DNA of 64,000 nt, from the NCBI GenBank assembly GCA_002633005.1, contig NMRA01000074.1:140791-204790 (forward strand). Direction: 5' to 3'. Made by a program: the position numbers and the translations under genes. Shown piece after piece: positions 14,801 through 29,800 of this stretch (position 1 is its first letter; every line of letters starts with the position of its first letter). This DNA is from Phoronis australis. Lineage: Eukaryota > Animalia > Phoronida. The notes under the pieces were generated by a model. The model was not told the origin of the DNA and searched no databases. It worked only from the letters and a program-made list of their open reading frames with translations.

Positions 14801-17800
14801 TATGCACAGACTGTATTGTGCTGCTCCTGAAGAGAACAGAATGACAGACATAAGTTAATAGTGAGAATAACAAATTGACAATTGAATTTAACCCCAAGAA
14901 CACCTTTCAAATAAAAAATAGTTCCAGATAATACAATGCATAGTATTTTTTTATTATTTAACGGTGGATAAATTTGCATGTTGAGTTATAATTAAAATTT
15001 TACTTACTACTAACATTGCCAAAGGTTCAAAACAAATGTGTGTGTTCCTGAGTACAAAGGTATGCATTTGGATGGTATATTATAATAAACTCAAATTCAA
15101 AACCTGCAATAACTCCTAACATCAAGTGTTAGACAAGCAAACCATAATACAGAGAACATGACACTAATGTGTCACCTGTTAGATTTAACTAGGATTGTCA
15201 TATAAATGATAATAATCGTCATTTACAGGATCCCCGCATTTTGAGAACCAGTTTTCTCCACTGAATTACAAGCATCAAACTGGTTCTCAAAATTTANAAA
15301 ATTCCAAGCCCTGCTAATACTAAAATGTTATGGTTGGTAAACAAACCATAGCAACTCCACGGCAGCAAACAAAAACCTCTGCCCTGTCTTACCAGCCAGC
15401 AGAGTGTGAGCATGTGTCTCCCTATCAGTTCCTGCAACCCCCAACAGGTAGCGCTGATGGACGGCCTGGGACATGTGACTATGCACAGACTGTATTGTGC
15501 TGCTCCTGAAGAGAACAGAATGACAGACATAAGTTAATAGTGAGAATAACAAATTGACAATTGAATTTAACCCCAAGAACACCTTTAAAATAAAAAATAG
15601 TTCCAGATAATACAATGCATAGTATTTTTTTATTATTTAACGGTGGATAAATTTGCATGTTGAGTTATAATTAAAATTTTACTTACTACTAACATTGCCA
15701 AAGGTTCAAAACAAATGTGTGTGTTCCTGAGTACAAAGGTATGCATTTGGATGGTATATTATAATAAACTCAAATTCAAAACCTGCAATAACTCCTAACA
15801 TCAAGTGTTAGACAAGCAAACCATAATACAGAGAACATGACACTAATGTGTCACCTGTTAGATTTAACTAGGATTGTCATATAAATGATAATAATAGTCA
15901 TTTACAGGATCCCCGCATTTTGAGAACCAGTTTTCTCCACTGAATTACAAGCATCAAACTGGTTCTCAAAATTTAGGACCCCGCAACTATTGCCATACAA
16001 AGTGCATAGATTCCATGGTTTGTAAATCCTCAGATATGTCAATTGTTTCAAATATTCAAAGCCAGTCCTGTAAGTATTAGTGACATCACGTGACACAATG
16101 ACACGATGACAATGACAGATGACATGGACACATTACTGTAAAGAACTCAAACGTCGATTTGTACAGAATTATGAGATACAAATTCCAACATTATTAGTAT
16201 AATTTAATTTCTTGAAGCAAAGTAATTATAACAAATTCTAACATCAAAAACAAAACTCACCAAAAGACAATTCTGCACGCTACTTTTGTGATATCTTGAT
16301 ATTACCCCAAGCACATAGTCATTCAGTGATTCTGGCTCAGGGAATAAGCTAAGGTTGATTTCTTCAGTTTTAAACATCAACAACCAGTCATGGTGGAAGT
16401 ATGTCACTGAAGCAGACATACTGCACAAACCTTTCACTGACTCCTGGCTGCAGAAAGTTCTCTACAGCTCTCAACAGCTGGATGAATTTAGCTTTAGGCA
16501 CCATCTGCTCAGGCAGTAGACTGATGTTGATGACGTCATCAAGGCAGCACTTCTTCTTGTCCACCAATAGGTGGAGGCTCACTAAGGAATGTAGGTCACT
16601 CTCATCAAGGCCTGGAAACATAAATTTAAAGAGTGAGATTTGCAACAAGTCTTGAAGTCAAAGAAAAATTAGCTTTCGATATACCCATTATGATTTTCAA
16701 AGGTGTTCCAAGTTGTGCAACTTTCCAAGATATCATGATAGTAAGCAGAAAATGTGTGCAGAAGTCACAATGATTTTCAGCACCTTGTGAGAATGAAGCA
16801 CAATTTTTCCTCAAAATGTAAAATACAGGCCTCACAAAGTCAATTTTGACACACATCCAGTCTCTCTTGGAGCCACTTTCCAAACGCCAGATATGTCTAG
16901 TCACATGACTTCATCACAGTAGGTCATCTATACTTAACTGCGTTACAACACGTCAAATCAAGACAATATTATCTGCAAACAGTCTCAAGTGAGCCAGATC
17001 AAGTGCTCGACATATATTTGCTCACTCAGGTAACATGCAATGACTTTCTAGAGCGAATAAAGTTGAAGAAATTTTCATGCTCATCAGAGTTAAAGAGTCC
17101 TAGTTAGTACATTATATACCAATTACAAATTACACATCCAACCAAGATTTGCATTCAGCGAAGTAGGACTGGTCTAAAGATGTGATATTTTCTTGAACAC
17201 CTACCATTTCTGGCACATATGACCAGAGACAGAGCTATGTTGATGAGGTCTTTCCCCAAGTCATTCTCCAACCGCATCAGTACAGCTTGTAACATCTGGG
17301 GTATGGTGTGCGGCATAGACTTCAACTTCTCAGTCACCTGGTGACGTTAAGATTCAGTACTCATCCATAGAAAATAATATTATGGAACTGAAGCATGATT
17401 ACTGTTGGGGGTAGCACACAATGTTTAAATGTGCGTAGTTTCATGAATCAGTCCCAAAAGTGATTCAACTACTCCTTAAAATTTCACCACATGATTGTGT
17501 GGACTTTGTGCAAACAACGATTGTCTTAAGTTTTTTTCTGTTACTTTATCTGACAGTGTATTGCTACATTAGATTTCAACTTTAATACATAGCAAGACTA
17601 AACTCTTTATTGAAACTAAACAGGGACCTTTTCATGAAACGTCCCCAATTTAAGGACTTAGATTTTATTCATTTTCATTGAAATATGAGTTCAGTTGTTA
17701 GATATACAAATAAAAACGTCACGAGTAAAAGAGGAACTCACAATAAAGACAAAGAGATGGAAAAATTCGACAGAAGTGAGTGAATAAAATCTACAAATGC

Positions 17801-20800
17801 GCTGACAATTTCTGGCACGGTAAAAGAAAGAAAGCAACAGGTTTGCTTCAATTTCTAGGAAATCATTCTGTAACAAGTTGAACCTGGTATTGATTTCTGA
17901 CATGTGTAAATTAAGTGCGTGTCATTTTCTCCCAGTTAAACCAGGTCAGACAGTCTAAGTAGATCTGTCCAATGCATTCATGGTACACTGGGATGTGTGA
18001 CAAATGCGAATCAATGAGATCACAAGCACATTCACTACAGAATTTTCAATGAGCAGCGTATTTCGCAAAGTTGACAAAATTTGTTGACATTTGGACGACT
18101 TAGTTAACAATAAAAAATTAAGGTGTGAGAAGGGAATTATTAATTAGATTCAATTTTTAGCTCCAAATTTTCATTGATACTTGGATGCCATGAGAAGACA
18201 TTGAGTCAAATTTTCATTGATACTTGGATGCCATGAGAAGACATTGAGTCAAATTTTTAAAGAACTACACTGCATAATGATCCATAACTAAGCACAAAGG
18301 TCTCATTAAGCAAGCAGCCGACAGAAACGCCAAATACAGACACCAGTCCTCTAACTTAATTTTCAAACACTTCAAGGTCTCATTCAGAAACCATGATATA
18401 TAAACCACCTGTCTTTATTTTAGAAAAATTCCACCTTTTGAAACATTCCTAATTCTCGTTAAAAACATCCAGTAGAAATGTTAACTACAACAAGCTCTAG
18501 TACATATTTTTTCTAATTGTTATTACCTTTTCAAAAACTCCAAATACCCTCAGCTCTTCACAGGCCAAGCTCAAAAAGAGTGGATTGCCTGCTTCCTTCT
18601 TTGACATCAGTAACTTCATCTGCAAACAGAATGTGTCTACAATAACGCAGCAGGAGCACAAGAGAATCACAATGAAACTAGAATGGTCTCTAGGAGGCAC
18701 AGTGCGAATCATCTGAAAAATGGCTAGCCCATACCGAGACAAAAGTAGATAACAGAATGTTCACGAAAGTTTGTGTCACTGACGGTGAGCGACAGACAAA
18801 GGTCACCAAAGGGATAGAATGTAGCAAAAAGTACACTTCTGAGAAAGTTGTGAATTGAGGATTTTTGACAATTTTAAAACATACGGTTATATTTCATAAT
18901 CATATTGTCTCCCAAATTTGAGTTCAGTTACGGTATTTAGTCACTGTTTTGAAGTGCTGTGCAAGTCAATGAGTGAAGTATGGTCACTGAGAAGTCCTCA
19001 ATGTCCACTTCATCAAACTTCCACCACAAAATGTCTAATTTTGGCTTTCAAAAGCATGTCATCAAGCATTTTCCTCTGCTAAAACAGACAGCTGAACAGT
19101 ACTTGGTCCACCTACATACAAAACACACTGCCATGGTGTCTTACCTGATTGTTAAAGGGAGACTCATCAAGCACCTTTCTGTGTTGAGCAAGTGCATGAC
19201 GAATGACCACTGGTTTGTCTTGAGTGTCCAGTCCACCTATGTCTACTAAGCAGACATCATGTCGCCTAGTGCAAGCCCGATAGGAGGGGCTGTCGTGACA
19301 CACGCTCAGCAAGATAATGACATTCTGGAAGAAAAGTGAAGTGTTTCATTTCATAACCGATGATACAAACACGTGGCAACAACATGGTAATTTTAGACAG
19401 CAAATCTTGACAAAGGTCAGTACATTCTGTAAGTTGTTTTATTCTCATACCACTACAACTGCAAGGTCTCCGACATTAAACCAAACGGCATGTTCTACAA
19501 TAGTGACACGTTCTCAGATATATTGTTCAAATTGTTCCAGGTGCACCTGGTTGGGAACTGGAAATAGATAATAAAATTTATCACAACATCTGACTTAAAT
19601 GCACAACATAAAATCTGTTCAAACCAAAATGTAAACCTTTTCATCAATTTTTGACAAACAATTTGTTTTCAATGTATGGAATTTACTATGAAATCAAACC
19701 TCTGGTATCTCTTCTGGGAGCCACTCCATGGTAAGTGCCTGGCAGGCAGAGTCCAGCATATCAATGCCGTCAATCACAACCACGAAGGGCGTGTCACACA
19801 TGGACCCAGCCTCCTTAAGTACTTCTTCGAACTTTGCCACCATGTTTCTTTAGGAAAGAAAATTCAATGAGTTAAATTTCCGTATGAATTTTTGCACTTT
19901 ATTTCACAAATTAATGTTATTGGCTGTAAGTATCTAAAATTTATTTTCAGTGAAATTGTCACTCACTTGAAATCTTCAGGAATAGGCGTGGCCAAGTTGA
20001 ATCTTCTAATAACCTCCAATGTCAGTCTCCTAAGCGAAGCAAAGATATTGCTCGAACCAGGAGCTGCACCCACAAAATGAACCAACAGGTTGAGACCGCC
20101 CTGACACCAGCTGGACTCAACATAGCTATGCACCACTGATGCCTGAAGCAAATGATATATATTAGATGTAAAGATATGAAAAATTCTGTAGACAAAATAT
20201 TTGTACAATTTACACAAAAATAATTGCAAAAAATAGTTTCCCCCATCATGATGGCATGGTGAACATTTTTTCACAGCATGACATCACTTGTCATTCCAGC
20301 TAAACCGACTTCAACTTTCACTCAGCCATAATGGCATATAGCTACTGTTTTGTGTTTATTGAGACACAGTTGATTTAAAAAGAATGCCATTTTCCAAATA
20401 TACAACTTGGGACATGATTTCACGAACTCTCTCCAACAGCGTTCGTGTATTATGAATATGAAGCTGACAAAGAAAACTTTCTCTTTGTAAAAAATGTCAT
20501 ATATTATGCTTCGCAAACATGAACTTAATATTATTCAGTGATGTCTGAAATGAAGCAGCCTTTGACAGAACCCTTCACTCACCACTAAAGATGATTTTCC
20601 ACTGCCTGGCCCCCCAGACAGAACGATCACTGGTGCCACCTTCTGGCCAATCTTATCAACGCACTGCTTCAGCAGGTTCTTCCGACCCACAAACATCCGT
20701 TGGTGAGCCTCCATAGCAGCGTTATGAATAGATGTCAGGTGAGTGTTTTCATCGATCATCACAGACTAAAGATGAGATATGACAAAGTAGGTATTAGTAC

Positions 20801-23800
20801 ACATGAGTAATATCTATTAAAAGGAAATTACCTCATAAGCTTGTCTGGTATCCGGAAAACAGGAGAAAAACACTTATTTGTGAATTCAATGAAACCAAGA
20901 GTTTATACGGAAAAACCAAGAGTGTTTATTCAAATTTAATCAATAGATAAATATTAGACTAAAAATGTTCTTCTAAACTACTCATTTTAGAACAACATAC
21001 AAAATGTAATAAATTCTATAATTTATAACAACTCCTTGTATTTCATTAAAAAACTACCTATTAGTAGTAATAATTATGTCCTAATCACCAGAAATGGGAG
21101 GATAGAACTGTCTACTTTTAATTCATGATAAAATCTCTCCAATGGCCAACATGACTGTGAAACTTTCAGTGCATCATACGCAACTTACGCAAAATTAAAA
21201 AACTTCCATGTCCAAGTTTAGTATGACAGCTACCATCAGACAAAATTTTGAAAAATGTTGGGCACTCCCAACCATGTTAGAAAATTAAAAAGAATGATTT
21301 TGGCAATTGTTTTCTTCCAAATTGAATCTTACCTCCTCTGTGTAGTCTCTCTGTATTGCCTCCCAAAGTTGACTGAGTACCATAAGACCAAACGACTCCA
21401 GTCCAACAAGGATTGGCTTGCCTTCTACTACACCACCCCAATAGGCCTCATAGCTGGAAAAATTTTATCAGTCACATACTGGGCATCAAAACAAACCACC
21501 AAACACAATGCCTAAGAAAGCACCCCAATAGGCATAAATCAAATCCGTCTTTAAGACAGGGATGCATTTCCTTGATGCAGAAAACTGCAAGTCGCCTCTG
21601 GCAAGAAATCTAATGGAACATTATTCAATATTCTACCCTCACTAACCGATCACTAATGCTGGCTATCATGTTGCAAGTAAGTAAGTGTAGGCTAATAAGG
21701 TCACAAGGCATGTACTTGTGAAAAACTCGCCTTTCACTCATGTCTTGAGTCTACCCTACACACCACAAGAGTACCTCACCCAAAAACCTGAAGAGACTGA
21801 AAACCATAGAGTCTACTAGGTAAATCATGAAACTCAGTTTAGGGACACTGACAACAGAGACACATTTCTGTTCAAGTGCAGCTGCGTGTTTATCAGCTTC
21901 AGAACAGTTGCTGGTCAACCCTCCATGGATGGAACGAGCAAAATTTCAGAAAACAGCAGCCATGCAGAAATTTTCACCACTGACTGTGTAATTGGAACTT
22001 TCCGGAAATAGGTTGTATTTGTCAGAAGTAGTGACCATGAGCGGTCAACTGTTAAATTCTAAAGATGTCAGATAAAATTTATGAGAACTTCTAAAGATCT
22101 TGGTTCTTTTTTGATCAACTTACCAGTTTTGCAAAATGACGAAAATGATTTTAAAGCAATGACAAGACTAATCTTGTGAAAGATTCATCCACTCAGCAAA
22201 ACATAAAACTGAAGAGAAGAGAAACCAGCATTTCCAATCAGAAACCAATTAAACTAGTAACTACTTTGCATACTTCATCACTTTATTGTCATTAGAAATA
22301 CAATAACTGAAGCCTACCCATGGAAGGCCTCATATCCACTGGTTCGAATTCTATCTTTCAATGCATTTATCTTCTTCTTTGAATCGTTGTTCTCGCAGGT
22401 AAAACTTGACACCCATTTCTTAGGAATGTCCCTGAAACAGTATTTGAATTTAACCATTTTAAGCAATTCCACTGCTATAAATAAAAAAACGAGAAATGTA
22501 CTGTCAGTGTTATTTACAATCTATAGAAACCTAGAATGACAAGATTCATTGATTCAAAATTTCCTGACAAAAGCATTATCATTAAGCTTGTCTCTGACAC
22601 AAATGCAAAAGAAAAAAGGCCAACTTATGCCAGTTCTTTAAACCACCTGGCTGTAGTCTGGTAAAAATTTAGTAAGTTGACATCTAAGGTACATTACGGA
22701 CATAGTAACAGAGACTGAACAGGAAGTAATCTAATTAAGAAATGTATTGAGTGTCTGCACTTACTTCTCAAAACAGCTGTTATCCCTCAAGTAGAAGAAT
22801 GCCTTGTCCTTCTTTCCTGACTCTTCATTGAGAGCTCCATACTGCATTTCTAGTTCTGTTACAGATCGACCAGCAGGGTAGTCTTTCAACCAATCAAATT
22901 CTGGCTTGTCTGGCACGGTGTACGCATCAGGTATCCAACCATATCGCTCGCCAAGTAAACCCATGAAATACTGACAACGCGAGATCTCAGTCAGACAGAG
23001 TTCCAGGGTTCTGTAATGAATATGGCATACGACTTATTAGATAATTGTAAAACCAGCAAATATTCAGTAATATATAATGCAACATTACTATGTCTGGGTA
23101 ACATTCAACACCACTAAATATACCTGACTGGTTCCCAGGTCTACATATTAAATGGCATGTTAGTTATCTGTATAGGCTAGCAAACTCGACTCGATTCTGT
23201 AATATTCCTGTTCGGGAGATTAAATCTCATTCTGCAACATCTCATATCTAGGCACGAGACAACTAGGTAAGGGTTCAAACATATATTCTGTGCAATGAGA
23301 AGGCGCTATTACATGTCAAAAGAGGTGTCTGCCACGACAGTTGTGGCAATAGCCAATCAGAGTTCAACAATCTCTAGCTTACAATGGGAATGTGAAAGAG
23401 TCTGTATAATATACTCTCAACCAGGCCTTGATTTAGAGGGCATCCAGGGTGTCCAAATGAACATGCTCCGACTCAAATTCAGGGTGTCCACTATCAACAA
23501 CGTGAATTCCCAGTAATGTGCAAAACGTCATGTGTCAAGTTGACAAAAAACTAAAATTAGGTTTTAATAAAAAACATCACATTTCAAGATATTCTTGAGA
23601 TTCTTACTTATTGGTCCTGGTGATTTCTTCAGTCACTCCCCATCTCAAGTCCACCTCGTGTACGTTGACATAAAGCTTCTTGGCTCGACTGTGCAACTCT
23701 GGGAACACGAATCGTGTGAGCAGATCACGCTCCCCATGCATGTCCCGAAACGTGGATGAGATGAACACTCGTGAAGTGCGCCACCTGAGAACGAAACAGG

Positions 23801-26800
23801 GAACCGTGCGATAGGAACCTTTAAATTCATACGATCATTAGTCAGAAGCTAAAATAGCTGTAGTACTTGTCATGACGGCAGGTATACTGTAGAATATCAC
23901 CAGTTTAGAACACAATATGGTGGAAATATAATATAATTTCATTTCATCATTTTTCCATACAAAATGTATAGCACCAAATTAATGCTTTTTCATGTTGAAG
24001 GTCTGTACCACAGCCACCACCATACAATATTCAGTAAAATTGAAGGCATTCACTGAAATGTCAGAAGCCCTTTGAAGATTGAAGCAAGAGCAACACGGAG
24101 CGTTGAAATGCACAACAATAGCACTGCAGTGTGCTTCCATGGGTGTTTTCAGTACCGGGATTATCCGTAGATAAGCCCATGGGCGTGTATTTGGAAAATG
24201 AAAATTTCCAGGTGTTTCAGTAAAAAGGGGTGTGTAAACGGAAAGTCGTAACCTCGGCTGGTATGAAAATATCAGCGATTTTTTTGCATAAAACTGTGCA
24301 TTTCAAGTTAATATTTAATATAATAATTAAATACACAGTTCGCCAACACTCCAATCATTTTAGTGATAAACGCTCCACAAAACTGAATTTGTGGCTCAAA
24401 GTTGATGCTGAGTGGACTTTTAAGAGGAATATTTCCAAATAAACGCTTTACTTTCGGGACACTTGACACCAAAAGCTGTAACACCAGGTAAACGCCCATG
24501 GGCGTTTCATTGGGTAGGCTTATTTAATGGAAAATCCTGGTATATTAAAAATGACCATTAGATGGTGCAGAATGCTTCAAACCCATCCAAACTGAGAAGG
24601 TGGTGTCGTCTCTGTAATACACAACTATTTGCCAAATTTCATGAAAATAAGCTAAGGAACTCTTAAGATATAGAGGCAAACTTAAAAAACAATAGACACT
24701 AGGGGGCACAGCTATAGTCCGCTTGGCAAGAAACTCATCGTCATCTGTTGCCATCTCTATTGAAGACCATCTGCCAAATTTCACAAAGACCTTTCAAATG
24801 GTTTAGGAGACACAGTCACAGATCTTTATTTAATATTATCATTATTCAAATGCAACCCAGGAATATTCAGAGTCTCATCTCTATGAGTGTTATGGATGTG
24901 AAGTCTTCAAGACCATTCACACATTGGACAAAACAGCAATTAAAATCAGCTGAGACTGCTACTCTTTTATTCCATGAGGGAAGGCGCATCTGGAGGTGAA
25001 CCAAGTCCGTGAGAAATGGACGAAATGGCTGTACACCAACAACCTCAACATACGGTTTTTGGATCCAAAAAATGGATCCTTATTTAATGTATGATCATTT
25101 AAATGGAACCCAGGAATATAGTAAATAGTCTCAGGAAGTAAACAGTCCTTGTTTTTGCTACTAAGATCCTATTGCAACCAGTATGAGAAAAATCAAAGAA
25201 AGAGTATTTTGTGTGAAGAAAATGCTTTAGAGGATAAGTTCCTTCCTGTTAATGTCCAGTGTAATGTGCAGTAGATAAAAAATGTTCAGGTAGGAATAAA
25301 CAAAACTGACGTCTTTCCTAATTTGATGTGCTCTGGCAGTATAACAGAATTGCGAAACATTGCTAAATTTTTGTTGAAATCAAATCAGAGGAGGTCAGAG
25401 ACTGTTTAAATATCATGTGTACTCTGCTACAGTTTGTACTGTCTAATACATGATTGTGAAAGGAGAAAGAGGTCTGATAGAGCAAAACTGTACCTTGGTT
25501 TCATGCTACACAGTGCTAATGGCTGCTCAAGCACTGGCCTGGCACGGGGGGTCGTTGCCTCTTTGTCAAGCCCGACAACCTTAATGGACATCAAGTTGTA
25601 CTTCTGGTCTATGTTCTCCACACACGTCAGTTGGGCAGAGCCACCGCGTTCAGCAATGAACCTGGTAAGGTCAGAGGCAAATCACATAGGGAAGTGTATA
25701 GCTGAGTGGTGTTTGGACGGTTATCTCAAGAACTACAACAGCATGGTTAATGTAAACAGGTCTGCTCAATCTCAAGTGACCAATAAACAATTCTTCAGGC
25801 AACGAACACTTTTTTCTTTCCAAGTCCCCAGGTACTGAGCAAAAGAATTTTATGATTTGCACCCCTCTGATCTTACAAATTACGACTTTTCCACAGAGAC
25901 CGGGGGCCCGTTCCAAGAAACGGACTTAAGTTCGTTTTTGACTTAAGCTAAGACTTGTCTCAACTTTCATACTTTGAAACTTCCACATCCGGTATGATAG
26001 TTAAAATCAAGACAAAACTTTTATCAAAATCTTAATTCAAACTTAAGATCTCTTTCTTCAAACGGTCTCCAGACAAATTGAAGTTCTATATTAAAATTTA
26101 CAAGAATTTAAGATTTGTCTTAGCCAAGTCAGTTTTGTTGGAACAGGCCCCGGTTCTTTATAAGTCTGGCAACATCCAACTGAAGAATAATCATTGATGT
26201 ACAAATCGTAAATGTTATAGTATAACAACATGCTATAACAATGTACTCACCTCAATATCTGGTCACTGTAGCCTGTCACATGGATGTCATTGGGATGGCA
26301 TGACTGAGATTTTTCGATTCTAAAACATTTAGAAAAAGGGACGACGTTTATTTAGTTTTCGGTATTTTTACTCATAGAAAATTCAAAATTTGTATTTAAT
26401 ACATTTAATTTTCCTGATGGCATAGCATATGCACTGAAATGCTGCATTAACAGACGAGTGAATTTAATGAATTATTAATCCTATAAGAATCAAATTGGAA
26501 TTATAGTCTGTAAACAGGATTAACTAAATCATGAAAGTTTAAAAACACAGACAAATACTCAGACTAGGCTCTTCTAAGGTTACCTAGTAGGAGCATAGAA
26601 AAAAATGTCCAAGTTAGTTTAGATAACTTGGGAAGGTCAGATCTCAGAAATGGCTGATCGGATCCATATCAAACTTTTGAATGCCATGCTTTTACAGTGT
26701 TCTCAAAAATACCATTAGGAATAATTATCTTTTTTAAAATGTTCCACTTTTGTGCGAGGGGATATCAAATAAAGGACTTTAACAATTTTCACAAAAAAAT

Positions 26801-29800
26801 CTTAAGTAACTGTTGCATAATAACAAAATGATGCTTTAGAAAACTGTAACAGCACTTCTGAGATCTCATCTTGAAGATTTACTCATTCGACATGTTAACG
26901 ATACTATTGTCTTGCTATCTAGCAAAAGACATCGTCACGTGACCCACTTACGAGGAGATTGGTAAAAAGAAAAAAATCACAGTCTACTTCTTGCTGTTCT
27001 TTTGTCTTATCATTTCTTTTTCACAGCCTGTCACTACAATAACACAACCATACGACATGTCAATCTTACCCTGCCTTGGTGTGACCCAGGTTGACACTGA
27101 CATACAGCAGGTTAGGGTTGATGTCAAACCTGTACTTTTGCAGGTACAGCCGGATGGGCTTGTCAAAGGAGGACGAGTTGGAAAGTACCACCATGTTATC
27201 CACCTGGATATTATCAATTCATAAAAACATGCTATAGTGGTACACAACTTGGATCACAGCTTTGTTTCAATTTGACATCATGTGGTAACACTTCTTCAAT
27301 TACGAAGACAGTATGGTGAAAGAAAGAAATTATATTTTGTCAATTGAAATTTCTTTGCAAAGCAAGAAGAAAATTAGACTTTCATTAGTAGCAGTTTGTG
27401 CTTTTAACAGCAGTCATTGAACAACATGGTCAAAATTTTGGAATACTGAAGAAGAAGAAGAAATCATGGTCAAAATTTTAATCATTTTACAGCACAGTGA
27501 GCCGTAGAAAAAGGAATGAACAATAGACTCGGCAATCACTTGTAATTAATAATAAATTGTTCATAAAGAAAGAAATTTGACCAGAGTTAAGAGACAATTT
27601 CATTGCACATTACAAACCAAAACTATTCAGACAACATGACCCGGACTTTCTCCTCACGACAACAGGGTAGAAGTCTAATTCCCTGCTCACGAACGGGAAT
27701 GAAAGGGAATCAACCGCAACATTAGCAAGGGGACAAAGCCATTCTGTAATTAGTTATCCCACCATAATAGTCATTTCAAGCCATTTTTTGTTGTTAACAG
27801 ACTTAGCCGTCGTGACGGGATATGGCATGTTGACAGATTACTGGACTTGTGTTGTATCGCAAAAGCCTCAGACAACAATGTGATGACAGAGTGTGTTACA
27901 AAGAGCATGTGGCACGAACTGTTACTAGAGGCCACTGGGATAAAGCACAATGTCGTTGTTCATCCCGCTACTTCAGAGCTGTCGGTTTCAACATTTTTGA
28001 ACATTGTGAACATGTCTCATCTGCATTCTTGGCTCCACAAAACCCACTCAGTAAGCTCCAGATGTTCAAGTTTATCACTGTAGACTTTAAATTTATTACA
28101 CACTTCATCTAGATATTGTGTCAGCAATACCTGAAGTCTGTCTCGGAATATCTGCTTGATCTTATCTTCCATAGGGTTCTTGCTGCCAGATGGGTTTTGA
28201 GTATTGAGGATCTGAAATATCACAAGCATACAACAAATACAACTTCAATTCAAACATGACTTTAAAATTGTTTGGCATGTGAAAAATTGTTATAAAACCC
28301 AATAGCTCCAACTTAAATGTAACATGAGCTCACTGGCTCAATGCTCCTAGTGGCTCAGAGCATCACCTTATGCCAACAGACTGGCCATGTTGTCTGCGAT
28401 GAAGCCCCAGCACCAACATCATCTAAGCTCATAATTTAAGCAAAATGATGCTAAAACAGATGTCTTTCCCTTCAATGACAGCAAACATGATTGTCAAGTA
28501 TTGAGCCCCAGCTCCAGAATAATCTAAACTCATATCCCTCAAGGCCAAGACTGGTTGTATTGTTAAGTATAGACCCCTCAACACCAGCATAACCTAAACT
28601 CACCTCACTCAAAGTCAATACAGGGATCATATTATTAAGTATATAGATCAAATGCCAGCATAACCTACACTCAATTCACTCAAGGCCAAAACATTGATTG
28701 TATTGTTAAGTATAGATCTCCCAACACTAGTATAACCTAAACTCCCATCACTCAAGGCCAATACCCTGGCCCTATTGTTAAGTTTAGACCTCCAACACCA
28801 GCATAACCTACACTTACATCACTCAAGGACAGAACACTGGCCATATTATCTAGTATGGTACCCTTCTCCAGCTCTACAGACTTGATGCCTCCTGTGCCAA
28901 ACACGATCAGTTCACTCTCCTCACACGAGTGTTTACACATCAGTCCCAGTAGAACAGCCACCTCAATAATCTGAACATTAAAAAGTTAACTTTCTGTTTA
29001 TACATGTCACACACACTCAACTTCAACAAACTGCATTTTGCGTACTAGACTGAGACACTTTGTACAGCCCATCTTTACGTAATTTCATTTGACGTCATGT
29101 TTTCATTTTCTCAAATTCATTTTGTTGCAAAAAGACCTTTAATCATTTAGCTTTTTCATTCACTAAAAACAAAAATATTTATTAAGTGGAAGAACTCTAA
29201 CTTGATCTTGAGCAAAAATCAGAAACAACAAGCAACAGGTAACTACAATCAGGGCAATGTTTTGGTCACAGCACAGAGATCACCATCACATCATTTGCCG
29301 CTTGCGACATGGTTCACAAAATTGTATTCAAAGTGGTTGAGATTATTACAGGCCAATTATCAATTGCCGAATTTTTCTTCATTGACTTGTGTAAGGCTTA
29401 AAGGCAAAGGCAACCTTTTTTAAAGTCTTTTTTAAATTGGCACGTACCTTATTGTTGCTAAAAAAGACATGGAAAAAGGTTGCCTTTGCCTTTGACAACA
29501 AAATATTTTCACTTATGAATGCATTAAAGGTGAATGCCACCCAAAAACAGCCTATTTTGTATCAATTTAGATCAAGTAGTTCTACTCAACAACGGCATGT
29601 TCGGTTGCGTTACCCGACACCTGACGGCAGACGGAAGTGTTCAAATTATCCAATGACGTCATAGGTTTCACACGCAGTCTGTTCAGCAGTTCACAACACG
29701 GGTTACTGGTATCAGCTTATCGCTTGAACTCATCGTTTAACACCAACAAATCATCTTATAAAAACGTGTTGTTTTATTTCGCTGTTCTGGATTTATTGGT

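Larger units (their letters stand above)
14635..15975. repeat. ~660-bp near-identical direct duplication (14635-15296 / 15314-15975) around a single N
   Basis: Offset 679 bp, few substitutions, N at 15297. Confidence 0.9.
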
